Notes: generated by a model from the letters alone, not told the origin. A DNA stretch of 64,000 nt from a virus (IMGVR_UViG_3300038678_000291:1-64000), one strand, 5' to 3'; shown: positions 27,714 through 37,175, counted from the stretch's first letter. Numbers and translations: made by a program.

Positions 27714-27760
27714 TTTTTTGCATCCGTGTTCGGGTTATTGTTTATCCTTATCATGTCTAA

Positions 27761-27789
27761 AGTATACCCAAAGACATGGTCTTTGTCAA
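27761..27789 (-). promoter_or_regulatory. Strong leftward early promoter with an operator-like palindrome
   Basis: TTGACA-N17-TATACT; CAAAGAC-N3-GTCTTTG inverted repeat overlapping the -35 and spacer. Confidence 0.85.
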
Positions 27790-28053
27790 GCCTTGTCTTG
27801 AATTATTTATTTTAAATTAACCATATAAAATCAAACAATTAGCTGTTCACGCTAAAAATAATGTAAGATAATTTAGGGTGTGGGTGTGAAAACAGAGGAG
27901 ATTTGGAGAGGGATAATGATGGGTTGTGGATAACTTTGTGGGAAAGTATAGCGGGGAAGGATCGTGGTCATTATCAGTTATAAGCAACTGTCAAGTAAAA
28001 TTTGACGGTTGAGTAGATATTAGTAGAAAAATAGTATTTGGGGCAGAAAAAAC

Positions 28054-28082
28054 TTGACAGATTACTTTGGGTGTGTTAATCT
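28054..28082 (+). promoter_or_regulatory. Rightward promoter
   Basis: TTGACA-N17-TAATCT; spacer shares CTTTGGGT with the leftward promoter. Confidence 0.7.
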
Positions 28083-28105
28083 TAGGTCTAAAATAAGGAG
28101 TGAGT

Positions 28106-28291
28106 ATGACTGCCCAGGAAATTAAAGGGATAAGAATAAGCTTAGGACTTACCCAGGACAAGTTTGCTTATAAACTTGGTGTATCTTCTTCTACTATTAA
28201 TTTTTGGGAAACTGGCAGGGTTTCACCATCCCCCCTTGCCTTAGAAAAATTATATCAAGCACAGATTGAAGCTAGTGATTCTTGTTATTAA
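28106..28291 (+). CDS. Cro-like HTH regulator
   Basis: LGLTQ..FA..LGVS..TIN.WE.G...PS; first gene after the switch. Confidence 0.88.
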   Translation: MTAQEIKGIRISLGLTQDKFAYKLGVSSSTINFWETGRVSPSPLALEKLYQAQIEASDSCY

Positions 28292-28311
28292 AATCTTCTG
28301 AGACAGGACAC

Positions 28312-29206
28312 ATGAAATCAATTTATTTCGCTTCCTCTTTTTGGGATGATGACTTTATTTTTGACCTAAGCATTACCGCAAAACTTTTTTATATTTTTTT
28401 AATCACAAACAAAAATGTTTCACCAAGTGGGCTTTATAAATTGGGGAAAATTGAAAAACTAAAAGCTGGATTAACGCAAGCTCAAATCAATAAAGCATTT
28501 CAAGAACTTAATGGTAAGGTATATGTGTTTGGTGAGTGGATTTTTATAAAAAATTTACTTTTTAAGTCGTTTTTAGATAACAGCACAGAAGAAAAATTTC
28601 TAAAATCAAACATTTTTACAATGATAAAAGACCAATTTTCCAAAAATAGTTTTTCGCCAGAACTAATTGAAATATTTCTTAAAACCTATCCTTTCTTTGC
28701 CCCTTATAAGCCCCTTATAAGCCCCTTACTAGCCCCTTATAAGGGGGGGGGGGGGTACCCTTCTCCATACTGATACTGATACTGATACTGATACTGATAC
28801 TGAAAAAGATATTGAAAAAGATATTGCTCAGCGCGATAAAAAGACATCGCTCCAAGCCGAAGCTTCGCAACCTGAAATTATCTTATCAATCCCATTAATC
28901 AAGAGAGATGGTGAATTTCGCATCTATCAGCCAGACATTAATCAATGGCAGGATACTTTTCCCGGTGTGGATGTGAGGCAAAAACTAAGGGAAATTAGGC
29001 AGTGGAACATTGACAACCCAACAAACCGCAAAACTAAAAGCGGTATTTGTAAACATATATCAGTATGGTTGAGCGGGGAGCAAAACAAGATGGGTAATTA
29101 TAAACAACCACAAAAAAAAGATTGGAATGTGAAGGAAAAATTGGCGCAGGCGGAGAGATTTTTAAATCAAGAAGGGGAATATAGCGATGAAGATCAAACA
29201 AATTAA
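28312..29206 (+). CDS. Phage replication initiator, interrupted by a frameshift at a G13 tract
   Basis: N-terminal FW.D...LS..AKLFY.FL.TN domain; iterons; removing one G gives an open frame through TDTDTD into the ..W...NP..RKT..G....I..WL C-terminal domain (297 aa). Confidence 0.8.
28699..28802 (+). repeat. Probable origin: 4 x 11-bp iterons GCCCCTTAYWA, G13, 6 x ATACTG
   Basis: Iterons at 28699, 28710, 28721 and 28732, inside the initiator gene. Confidence 0.8.
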
Positions 29207-29753
29207 TTTATTTATTGATGAACTTAAAAAAACCTTTATCAGCAAAGAAGAACCAGGGTTGTTTCTTATAGGCAGTTGGCAAAAATTTCTCAAAGGTGTT
29301 AATTATGGTGATGCCAGTGAAGCTGTATTAACTATGTTAGCAGATGAGAATAAGGAGGTTTATGGTTTCCCAACTCCCGGCGACCTTAAGCCATATTTAT
29401 CCGAAGAGGAGATGCGCGGGGAAAGGAAACAATGTCCATGTTGTAATAACACCACTTTTATACAGTTTTGGAAAGATAAATCTAAGGGGATAACCACCCC
29501 TGTATTTAAATGCCAATGCACACCACTTGGGAAAAAGAAATGGTGGGAAAGAGATGGACATGATATTTGTAATAACAATTTTTGTCAAAATCCTTACCAC
29601 CTATCCAGGATTTATGTGCCGCCGGGTTGGGGCCAACATGAAAAATTATTACTGGCTGGGTGTAAATTTAGTCCAACCATCACGGAAAGTAGAGACTGGC
29701 AGACAATTGATCGGGATAATTATAACAAAAAACATGGAGTAACCACAGCATGA
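29187..29753 (+). CDS. Helicase loader/inhibitor-like protein with a Zn ribbon
   Basis: Follows the initiator; W...L......A....FPTP.DL then CPCC..CQC. Confidence 0.5.
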   Translation: MKIKQINLFIDELKKTFISKEEPGLFLIGSWQKFLKGVNYGDASEAVLTMLADENKEVYGFPTPGDLKPYLSEEEMRGERKQCPCCNNTTFIQFWKDKSKGITTPVFKCQCTPLGKKKWWERDGHDICNNNFCQNPYHLSRIYVPPGWGQHEKLLLAGCKFSPTITESRDWQTIDRDNYNKKHGVTTA

Positions 29754-29968
29754 GCACCCAAAGGGAAGATGAACAAAGAGAGTCCCGCGCCGTACTATCC
29801 CGCATAGGCCAAAAAATTGGGAAAAAGCCACAATGCAAGGATTTCCCAGAATGTCCCTGTAGCCAGCTAACGGAAGCATTGAGCCTGGTAGAACAATTAA
29901 GCCAACAAAACAGGACCATGAAATCGGATATCAAGGAGCTTGTAGATTTACACCGTGGAGGTGAATAA

Positions 29969-30709
29969 ATGAGCACCGGAATCCCATATTGTGATGAGAC
30001 AATAAATCCAATCCGAACACGTGACGGCGGATACCACTGCACCAAAGTGAGCACGGGGTGTACCCATTGTTTTGGGGAGGGGTTTAATAAGCGATTCGGT
30101 AATCATAAGCCTTATGACAACAGCCCTGCCGAATTCGTGATCAATCAAAAAGCCCTAGATAAACTTTTGAAATGGAAAAAACCACGCCAGGTATTTGTTC
30201 AAGATATGAGCGATTTACTCCATACAGGGATACCATTTTGGATGATTGATGACGTATTTTCTTTTTTTGTAAGATGGCAAAAACGACATACCTATTTAAT
30301 TTTGACAAAATATACACAAAGAATGTTTGAATATTTTAATAGCATTGAAACTAGGAACATTGAGTATCTTCAAAAAACCAGAGCATGGCTCGGCGTATCA
30401 GCAGAAAACCAAAAATGTTTTGACAAGCGGTGGTATTATTTAAAACAGATTCCGGCTGCCCAATACTGGGTGTCTTACGAACCCGCTCTCGGTCCCCTAA
30501 TTTTGCCCCCGGATTTCTTAAGATTGGGGAAAAGGGCGTGGGTAGTCTGTGGGGCTGAGACCGGCCCCGGTGCCCGGCCCATGGATTTGGCTTGGGCTAG
30601 GGATTTGAGAGACCAATGCAAGGCTGCTGGCGTGCCTTATTTTTTTAAATCTGCGGGGACAAGGAAGCCTATCCCCCCGGACTTGATGATTAGGGAATCA
30701 ATAGCTTGA
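29969..30709 (+). CDS. DUF5131 (phage Gp37/Gp68) family protein
   Basis: C.KVS.GC.HC, FV.DMSDL.H, LTK, WLGVS.ENQ, SYEPALG, WVV.G.ETG..ARPM, V.YFFK. Confidence 0.92.
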   Translation: MSTGIPYCDETINPIRTRDGGYHCTKVSTGCTHCFGEGFNKRFGNHKPYDNSPAEFVINQKALDKLLKWKKPRQVFVQDMSDLLHTGIPFWMIDDVFSFFVRWQKRHTYLILTKYTQRMFEYFNSIETRNIEYLQKTRAWLGVSAENQKCFDKRWYYLKQIPAAQYWVSYEPALGPLILPPDFLRLGKRAWVVCGAETGPGARPMDLAWARDLRDQCKAAGVPYFFKSAGTRKPIPPDLMIRESIA

Positions 30710-30734
30710 CAATTTTACGCAAACTTAGTATACT
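30706..30734 (+). promoter_or_regulatory. Promoter of the HNH gene
   Basis: TTGACA-N17-TATACT. Confidence 0.8.
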
Positions 30735-30847
30735 GGCCATATCGGTGAGGTCACAAATTATGAGAATATCAAGCCCGTACAGGAAAGTTACAAAGTGGCT
30801 TTCACCGATACTGTACGGGCTTTCTGTTTGTAGGGGAGAATTGTCAA

Positions 30848-31339
30848 ATGCGTAAGAAATTAGCTGTTAGTAAAACTACTCATTACAGGAGAATTAGGCA
30901 AGCAAAAGAACTCGGCTGTATAGTAGAACAGCTACCAGACAACAGGGGAAAGCACGGCATGGTTCCCATGGCATCAGATAATTATAGGTGGAACAAGGGC
31001 AAACTTTTAACTAAAGATGGATATGTGTTGGTTAGAATTGGGAAAAGCCATCCATTGGCAGACCAAAATGGATATATTAAAGAGCACTTGTTGGTGGTTA
31101 TATCCTCGAGGTCGCCAGGTGCATGGCTATTAGAGCATGGCAAATGTAATTGGGTTGTTCACCATAAAAACGGAGACCGTACAGACAACCGTATTGAAAA
31201 CTTGGAAGTAATTAAAGCGGGTGATCATAACAAGATACATAACAAGACAGACAGGTCACGGGGTGGTGATGGTAGATTTGTCGGCAAAAAGACCGCCGGT
31301 AGCCGGCTGGACGGGCAAACATGGGAGCAATTACCATGA
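30848..31339 (+). CDS. HNH homing endonuclease
   Basis: HP.A...GY..EH.LV, VHHKNGDRTDNRIENL......H. Confidence 0.92.
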   Translation: MRKKLAVSKTTHYRRIRQAKELGCIVEQLPDNRGKHGMVPMASDNYRWNKGKLLTKDGYVLVRIGKSHPLADQNGYIKEHLLVVISSRSPGAWLLEHGKCNWVVHHKNGDRTDNRIENLEVIKAGDHNKIHNKTDRSRGGDGRFVGKKTAGSRLDGQTWEQLP

Positions 31340-31774
31340 ATTCATACCTCAAAAATCACGGATCGTCTACCACCTTGTATGGGGTTGGGATTATAACCAC
31401 TACAGGCGAAGGCTGCTTTGTAAAATACAACGACAGGGAGATTTGGATAGACAACCATCATGAAATAGCCAAGGGCCGGGACTGGATTCGCATACCAACC
31501 TGGTTGGCAAAACGGAAAGGATTTCTATGAAAACTAGCGGCGGTCTTGTAGGTGGTTTGTTGAGGGATAACAATGCTTTGTAATTCGTGTTCCTATGGTG
31601 GGTTTAGTGCTATATCAAGACCACATCCCCAGGGGCACCTGGTTCAGCAGATAAAGAGATGGTGTGCCAAATCGAAGTATCCGATTGAACGGGCACCAAA
31701 AACATGTCAGGGATATAAATCAAATAAACAAAAAATATTCCCAAAATATTCCAATAACGAAAGGAGAAAAACCA

Positions 31775-32323
31775 ATGTATTTTATAGGTGTTGATCCAGG
31801 CCAGACCGGAGCAATTGCAGTGTTGAACGAGAGTGGACAATGTCAGTTTTTAAGTGATTGGCCGGGAGATGAGATTGGAGTAGCTCACTGTGTAAAAACC
31901 CAAACAATCGGCCCGCTTTCAGGTGCTCAGTTTATGGCAGCCATTGAGGATGTTCACGGGATGCCTAAAATGAGCGTTACGAGTATTTCCAAGTTTATGA
32001 TTAACTTCGGTATTTGGCGGTGTGCGTTTGCGATGGTAGATATACCCTGTTGGCTAGTAAAGCCCCGTCAATGGCAGAAAGGAGCTTTGAGAATAGAAGA
32101 CGGAAGTAAAATTAAAATAAACAGAAGGGGGGAATCAATTAGGGTAATAGATACCAAGATAGCCAGCCTGATGGGGGCCCGCCGTCAATGGCCAAAGGCT
32201 AACTTGCAGTTCAAAAAACATCATGGCCGGGCAGACGCTTTATGGATTGCGGAATGGTTAAGACGGGCACGGCAGGGAGAATCCCCCACGGAAGGCACTG
32301 GGAATATCATTTCTACGCACTAA
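31775..32323 (+). CDS. RuvC-like Holliday junction resolvase
   Basis: FIGVDPG.TGAIA, IEDV, P..W.K, RADAL.IA. Confidence 0.88.
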   Translation: MYFIGVDPGQTGAIAVLNESGQCQFLSDWPGDEIGVAHCVKTQTIGPLSGAQFMAAIEDVHGMPKMSVTSISKFMINFGIWRCAFAMVDIPCWLVKPRQWQKGALRIEDGSKIKINRRGESIRVIDTKIASLMGARRQWPKANLQFKKHHGRADALWIAEWLRRARQGESPTEGTGNIISTH

Positions 32324-32495
32324 GCGCTTACCAGGAGGGTAGTTTGGAGATTAGCGGGGTAAAGACATAGAGCAGTGGGTTGGGCTTTCTGAATGCGAAA
32401 ATGAGGCTGTGGTGAAGCTAGAGAGGTAAACCATGGTTTACCAAGGATGGTTGAAAAATGGACAATGAAATTAGAAAATTAAGGGACGGCAGAAA

Positions 32496-33101
32496 ATGAT
32501 CACCCATCTTTGCGTCCAAAATCCTGTTGCAGGTGAACTTAAAGGGGTTTGCGTTGTTTGTGGCCAACAAACCCTTACTGGATATAAATTACCTTTTTCG
32601 GATAATTTCACAGGATATTCCTATTTGTCTCATGGGGACTTAACCTGTCCCCGTTGTTATACCTTTTTCAAAACCCCTGAGTTTAGGCGAAAATCATGGA
32701 TAGCTTCTCAAGACGGAGTCCTATATCTGAAGCGCCTTGAATGCAGGCAGCATATTCTTAATCCCCCAACTCCACCGTTTTTTCTTTATATTACCAAAAC
32801 CGGACAAAGACAAGGGTGGTTATCTGCTTTGAAACTTATGAATTATAGTCAAGGCAGATTTTATATTTCAACGGATTGGGTGGGGCATTTTTTGGTTGAA
32901 AGGAGCGAAGCACTGATAATGGCTACTCAAATTGCATTTCTTAGGGAACGGGAAATTTCAAAAACTACTCTTTTAACTGGCAATCCTAGCATGAAACAAT
33001 ATAGGCTTGCCATAGAGGGTGGGTGGGAAGGAGAGTTTGGAAAAATTAGAAAATATGTTAAACAACCACTTTGGGAGGTGATGGTATATGTCTCTGAATG
33101 A
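32496..33101 (+). CDS. csf1: Csf1 (Cas8-like large subunit, type IV)
   Basis: CVVCG...NFT....CPRC Zn finger, L.PP.PPF; first gene of the operon. Confidence 0.72.
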   Translation: MITHLCVQNPVAGELKGVCVVCGQQTLTGYKLPFSDNFTGYSYLSHGDLTCPRCYTFFKTPEFRRKSWIASQDGVLYLKRLECRQHILNPPTPPFFLYITKTGQRQGWLSALKLMNYSQGRFYISTDWVGHFLVERSEALIMATQIAFLREREISKTTLLTGNPSMKQYRLAIEGGWEGEFGKIRKYVKQPLWEVMVYVSE

Positions 33102-33435
33102 GGCACAAGAAAAGGCCCTGGTTGAATTTCTGGCTATAGTTTATGGCCGCATTCCCTGGGGAAAAATGCGGACATCAAAAAACCCCCATGATATTTTCAA
33201 TCATCGGGTGCGGGCAGCTACCAGAAGGGCGACTCTTTATGGGTTTGCCTCAAAACTGTGTAATTATTTTGGGCTTCAAACATTACCCCTTGAGGCTCAA
33301 GCGTTGCTTGATTTGCTGAGGCCAGAGGAGCAGCGAATATTAAGCACCTTATCCTCAGAACATATTCCCTGGTGTGTTAGGGGGATAATCAGATCAAAAG
33401 AGATGAAACTCAAAAACAAGGAGGCCGGCAAATGA
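33088..33435 (+). CDS. Cas11-like small helical subunit
   Basis: 115-aa helical protein between csf1 and csf2. Confidence 0.6.
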   Translation: MSLNEAQEKALVEFLAIVYGRIPWGKMRTSKNPHDIFNHRVRAATRRATLYGFASKLCNYFGLQTLPLEAQALLDLLRPEEQRILSTLSSEHIPWCVRGIIRSKEMKLKNKEAGK

Positions 33436-34268
33436 TTGAGAAATATGATGGCTGGATATTAGCCAAAAGCACCATTCATCATGGCGGGAACGAGAAAACC
33501 GGCAGCACCCCCGTACTTAGAACAATCTATCTGTATGTTGAAGGCCAGGGGGAAATACCCTTCCCATATATCAACGGTAATGCTATTAGAGGTAAACTGC
33601 GAAGGCTGCTGATGCGGGAGTTTTTTCAGCTTATAGGATTAGAGCCGGAAAATCTCAAAACCAAACTATATCATATTTTTTTCACCGGGGGAGTATTAAC
33701 AAGTACCGAATCTTCCTATGCTACAGTGGACTTGGAATTAAGGAAAGAAATCCGTCGGTTGCTACCCCCGCTTGCTTTGCTTGGCGGTGCCATTGGAAAC
33801 CAGATGATACCGGGAAAGCTGAAGGTGGGCCACGCTTTTCCTGTTTGCCAGGAATATGCTCAATATCTTCCTGAAAGGCTAAAAGCAGATAAACGGGTTG
33901 GCATGTCGGTACGAAGCTTCACCGATGAGTCGTTCAATACCAGAAAAGATGATTTGCGGGCAGGTCGGGCAGAAGATGAACAGGCGACCCAAATGAAAAT
34001 AGAGTTTGAATGTTTCATTCCTGGCACAAAATTCTATCACTGGTGGGTGCTGGAGTGGCCCACAGAAATAGAAAAAGCCTGTTTCGGCAGATTGATTGAG
34101 GTCTTTCAATCATCTCCTTTTGTTGGGGGGAAGTTGTCTTCCGGCAACGGAGATGTGATGTTTGAGTATCAACCAAAAACACCTTCAGCACAACCGTATT
34201 TGGAGTTTGTGCTGAAACACAAAACGGACATCCTTCCACTTCTTCAGACCATTGAGGACAAGTTATGA
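33432..34268 (+). CDS. csf2: Csf2 (Cas7-family backbone, type IV)
   Basis: IHHG, P.INGNAIRG.LRR, FFTGG.L, P.ALLGG..GNQM..GKL, TRKDD, QM....E....GT, VGG..S.G.G. Confidence 0.9.
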   Translation: MIEKYDGWILAKSTIHHGGNEKTGSTPVLRTIYLYVEGQGEIPFPYINGNAIRGKLRRLLMREFFQLIGLEPENLKTKLYHIFFTGGVLTSTESSYATVDLELRKEIRRLLPPLALLGGAIGNQMIPGKLKVGHAFPVCQEYAQYLPERLKADKRVGMSVRSFTDESFNTRKDDLRAGRAEDEQATQMKIEFECFIPGTKFYHWWVLEWPTEIEKACFGRLIEVFQSSPFVGGKLSSGNGDVMFEYQPKTPSAQPYLEFVLKHKTDILPLLQTIEDKL

Positions 34269-35005
34269 TTGAGCAAGAAATGACCTATTTCCTTGATTCT
34301 TTCCTTTTGGGGACATCAAGAAGATATAGACCAATGAAATACGAGTCATTAAAAATCACCTTTTGGCTTTCGGCCCCCATATCTCTTACCCACCCCTGGA
34401 TGCACTTTGATGGGCTTATAGGACATCTCTTGACGATAGATGCTCTTGGGCAGGATTTTTATTTACTGCCCAGAAAATTCCCGCTTTCTCGTATGCTTCG
34501 GCAAGTAAAGATTCCACCGTTTCCCATCAAACATACCAGGGGAATGTATCACGCCTCGGCATCCATTTTTGATACCGGCAGGAAGTCTCTTGAAATTATG
34601 TATAAAAAATTTGAGGATCGGTGGGCAGGCGGCAGAAGAAAAGTATCTAAGGGAATGGGATATTTTCGGGACTATATGATCCAACACATCTATATTCCCA
34701 CAAAAACCGTAATATTCTATGTAATGGGAGACAGAAAAACTTTGGAGCAACTTTGTCACTTGGTAACAGGGTTAGGAGACAATACCCGCGTAGGGTGGGG
34801 AGCGGTGAGAAGACATGAGATAGAAGACATGCAACAAGATTGGAGTATTATAAAAAATGGGATTGCTATGCGCCCTATCCCCGAAAAATTGATTGAATAC
34901 ACTTCCTTAAAAGTTGCTGTGGCCTGGAAACCCCCATATTGGGCGCCAGAATGTGTTGGAATATGTGCACCACCTGGTGCAGAGGTGAAACTGAAAAATG
35001 GATAA
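34265..35005 (+). CDS. csf3: Csf3 (Cas5-family, type IV)
   Basis: FDGLI, G.F.DY, FY..GD...L..L....LG.....GWG.V, RPIP, PPYW. Confidence 0.85.
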   Translation: MIEQEMTYFLDSFLLGTSRRYRPMKYESLKITFWLSAPISLTHPWMHFDGLIGHLLTIDALGQDFYLLPRKFPLSRMLRQVKIPPFPIKHTRGMYHASASIFDTGRKSLEIMYKKFEDRWAGGRRKVSKGMGYFRDYMIQHIYIPTKTVIFYVMGDRKTLEQLCHLVTGLGDNTRVGWGAVRRHEIEDMQQDWSIIKNGIAMRPIPEKLIEYTSLKVAVAWKPPYWAPECVGICAPPGAEVKLKNG

Positions 35006-35690
35006 ACAGTGGAGGGAAACATTTTTGCTTCATGCCAGAAGCGAAGAATATATCCAAAAAATTCAGGAAGCAGAGTACAATATTTTAACTACCCTTCTGC
35101 GATATAAAAAACCCTATGTGGCCTTTTCTGGGGGTAAGGATTCAACCTGTATGTTACATTTAGTATTGCAGCAAGCTTTAAATACGATGATTTTACATTG
35201 GGATTATGGCAGATTTTATATTCCTTACTACCTACACAACGAATTAATAGAAAACGCACGCAGATGTGGAGCAAAAAATCTTCGGATAGAAACATCTAGT
35301 CTATATGAAAAACTTGGCCGAAAGGCAATTAATGTATTGGGTAAAGAAATGATGGAAAAACTTATCCCTCAACTGATAAAAGAAGGCTACGATGTTGTTT
35401 TTGTTGGCTTACGAATACAAGAATCAGTTAAACGGAAACTAAGAATCAAAGCAGGGAGAAGCCTTACAAATATTTTTGAAGTATGGCCATTAAAAAACTG
35501 GTCATGGCTTGATGTATGGGCATATATCATCTCCAGTAAAATTCCTTATCTTTCTTATTATGATAAATATGCTCCTGTTGTGGGATGGGATAAAGCTAGG
35601 TTCACTACTTTGTTTGATCCCGAATTTGATAAATTTGGCTGTTCTAATGTTGATGGAATATTGTCTTGGAAATATAGGAATTTAATATGA
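34998..35690 (+). CDS. CysH/PAPS-reductase-like protein (type IV-B accessory)
   Basis: AFSGGKDS PP-loop, GLR..ES..R, PL..WS..DVWAYI....IPY...Y. Confidence 0.9.
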   Translation: MDKQWRETFLLHARSEEYIQKIQEAEYNILTTLLRYKKPYVAFSGGKDSTCMLHLVLQQALNTMILHWDYGRFYIPYYLHNELIENARRCGAKNLRIETSSLYEKLGRKAINVLGKEMMEKLIPQLIKEGYDVVFVGLRIQESVKRKLRIKAGRSLTNIFEVWPLKNWSWLDVWAYIISSKIPYLSYYDKYAPVVGWDKARFTTLFDPEFDKFGCSNVDGILSWKYRNLI

Positions 35691-35700
35691 GCCGAACCAA

Positions 35701-35729
35701 TTGACAAAAATCCTTATCCGTGATAAACT
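35701..35729 (+). promoter_or_regulatory. Rightward promoter
   Basis: TTGACA-N17-TAAACT with an extended TG. Confidence 0.7.
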
Positions 35730-35753
35730 TTAACCAGTTTAGGAACAACGAAG

Positions 35754-36413
35754 ATGCAAACTCACGCCTTGCAAGACTTTCAATCCAGTAGGATTAGCGT
35801 TACTGGCCTGTTTAATGCTCCCCAAGAGCAAGCATTACGGGACTGGAACAATGTCCTTGCGAAAATAAATCTCACTAATCTCCCCCATACCCCCCAACAG
35901 GTTGCCGAAAACCGCCAGGCAGCCCTTCAAATATATCGAATTAGGTTTGACGAAAATGCCCTGAATGCCTTATCGCAAGCATTTAGTCAGTTACATGTGT
36001 GCTGGGTAAATGGTGACCCCCCGTTTGAAATTATCCAGCAAATTATTTCCCACCTAAACCAAGACTTACTTAACCCTTTCTCTGGGCTTGTACATTATCG
36101 TAGCAGCTTCGCTAGCATGGAGTCCCGTTCTATAGATATATCTAAAGACAGATCAAGAGGTCGGGGTTTGTGTTTAGTACATCCGCAAAAGCAGGCATTA
36201 TGTAAAGGATTATGTAATAATTGCTATGAAAAAGCACGGAGACTAAATCTGTTGCACCTTGATTTGGGAGTCTGGCTATCGGTATTGTTGAAAAGGCGCA
36301 AGCCCAGAGATGTTTCTCAGTGCGTTAACCACGCAAAGATACAATCTTATGCTGACGGCCTGTGTGTGGAGTGCCTACATAGGTTGGGAAAGCTGAATAA
36401 GAATCTACTATGA
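35754..36413 (+). CDS. Hypothetical protein with two C..H...GLC..C Zn-finger-like motifs
   Basis: CLVHP...KGLCNNCY and CVNH...DGLCVEC. Confidence 0.55.
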   Translation: MQTHALQDFQSSRISVTGLFNAPQEQALRDWNNVLAKINLTNLPHTPQQVAENRQAALQIYRIRFDENALNALSQAFSQLHVCWVNGDPPFEIIQQIISHLNQDLLNPFSGLVHYRSSFASMESRSIDISKDRSRGRGLCLVHPQKQALCKGLCNNCYEKARRLNLLHLDLGVWLSVLLKRRKPRDVSQCVNHAKIQSYADGLCVECLHRLGKLNKNLL

Positions 36414-36568
36414 ACCCTGGGGCATTATTAAGTAGTTTTTTTGTTGCTTCTGTATTTAGTGAGGAAAATACAGGAGTTGGGGCTGTGTCTGAAAGGGGTT
36501 GCCTGCAGAAAAGTTATTCAAGAAAAACCACATTATCCAATAGAGAATTTCGATAAAAGGAAAGGGCT

Positions 36569-37063
36569 ATGCGCAAAATTAATAAGCTGATTTTACATTG
36601 TTCAGATTCCTCCTGGGGTAATGCTTTGGTAATTAATCAATGGCATTTAGCACGAGGGTGGCATGGCAGAGAATCTAAGATTTCTTGTGGTTATCATTTT
36701 ATAGTTCAAAACGGATATCCTTATTATTTGGAACACCAGAGTATTCTTGATGGTATGATAGAATCGGGCCGCCCAGTGAAAGAAATTGGGGCGCATGTTA
36801 GAGGGCACAATCAGAACAGTATTGGTATTTGTCTTATTGGCAAGCCAGGACATTTTACACATAAACAACTAGGACATTCTTTGCGAGCATTGTTTTTATC
36901 TCTTCTGCAAGAATTTAATTTATCTACAGCAGATATTTATGGACACTATGAGTTTGATTCAAAAAAAACCTGCCCAGGGTTGAACATGGATGCTTTTCGG
37001 TTATACATCGAGAACGGCGGAGAGGCTTTTTTGAGAGAGACGGTGGAGCTTACACCGATGTAA
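36569..37063 (+). CDS. Endolysin, T7-lysozyme-like N-acetylmuramoyl-L-alanine amidase
   Basis: ILHCS, WH..RGW, GYHF, GAH.RG.N..SIGICLIG, GH......K.CPG. Confidence 0.93.
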   Translation: MRKINKLILHCSDSSWGNALVINQWHLARGWHGRESKISCGYHFIVQNGYPYYLEHQSILDGMIESGRPVKEIGAHVRGHNQNSIGICLIGKPGHFTHKQLGHSLRALFLSLLQEFNLSTADIYGHYEFDSKKTCPGLNMDAFRLYIENGGEAFLRETVELTPM

Positions 37064-37175
37064 GGTGTTGGAATTATGAATTCTGTTTTTTTGGAACACC
37101 CTTTTAGTAAACGGAATATTGATATAGGATTGGTACTGTGGTGGCTTCATAGAACTAAAAAGAGGTGATAGGATT

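Noticed and set aside
32324-32495. Mini CRISPR array upstream of csf1
   Set aside because: No direct repeats or convincing palindrome seen here or after the cysH-like gene
34998-35690. Sulfate-assimilation cysH auxiliary metabolic gene or DndC
   Set aside because: Translationally coupled to csf3 with no other cys or dnd genes; better explained as the type IV-B accessory
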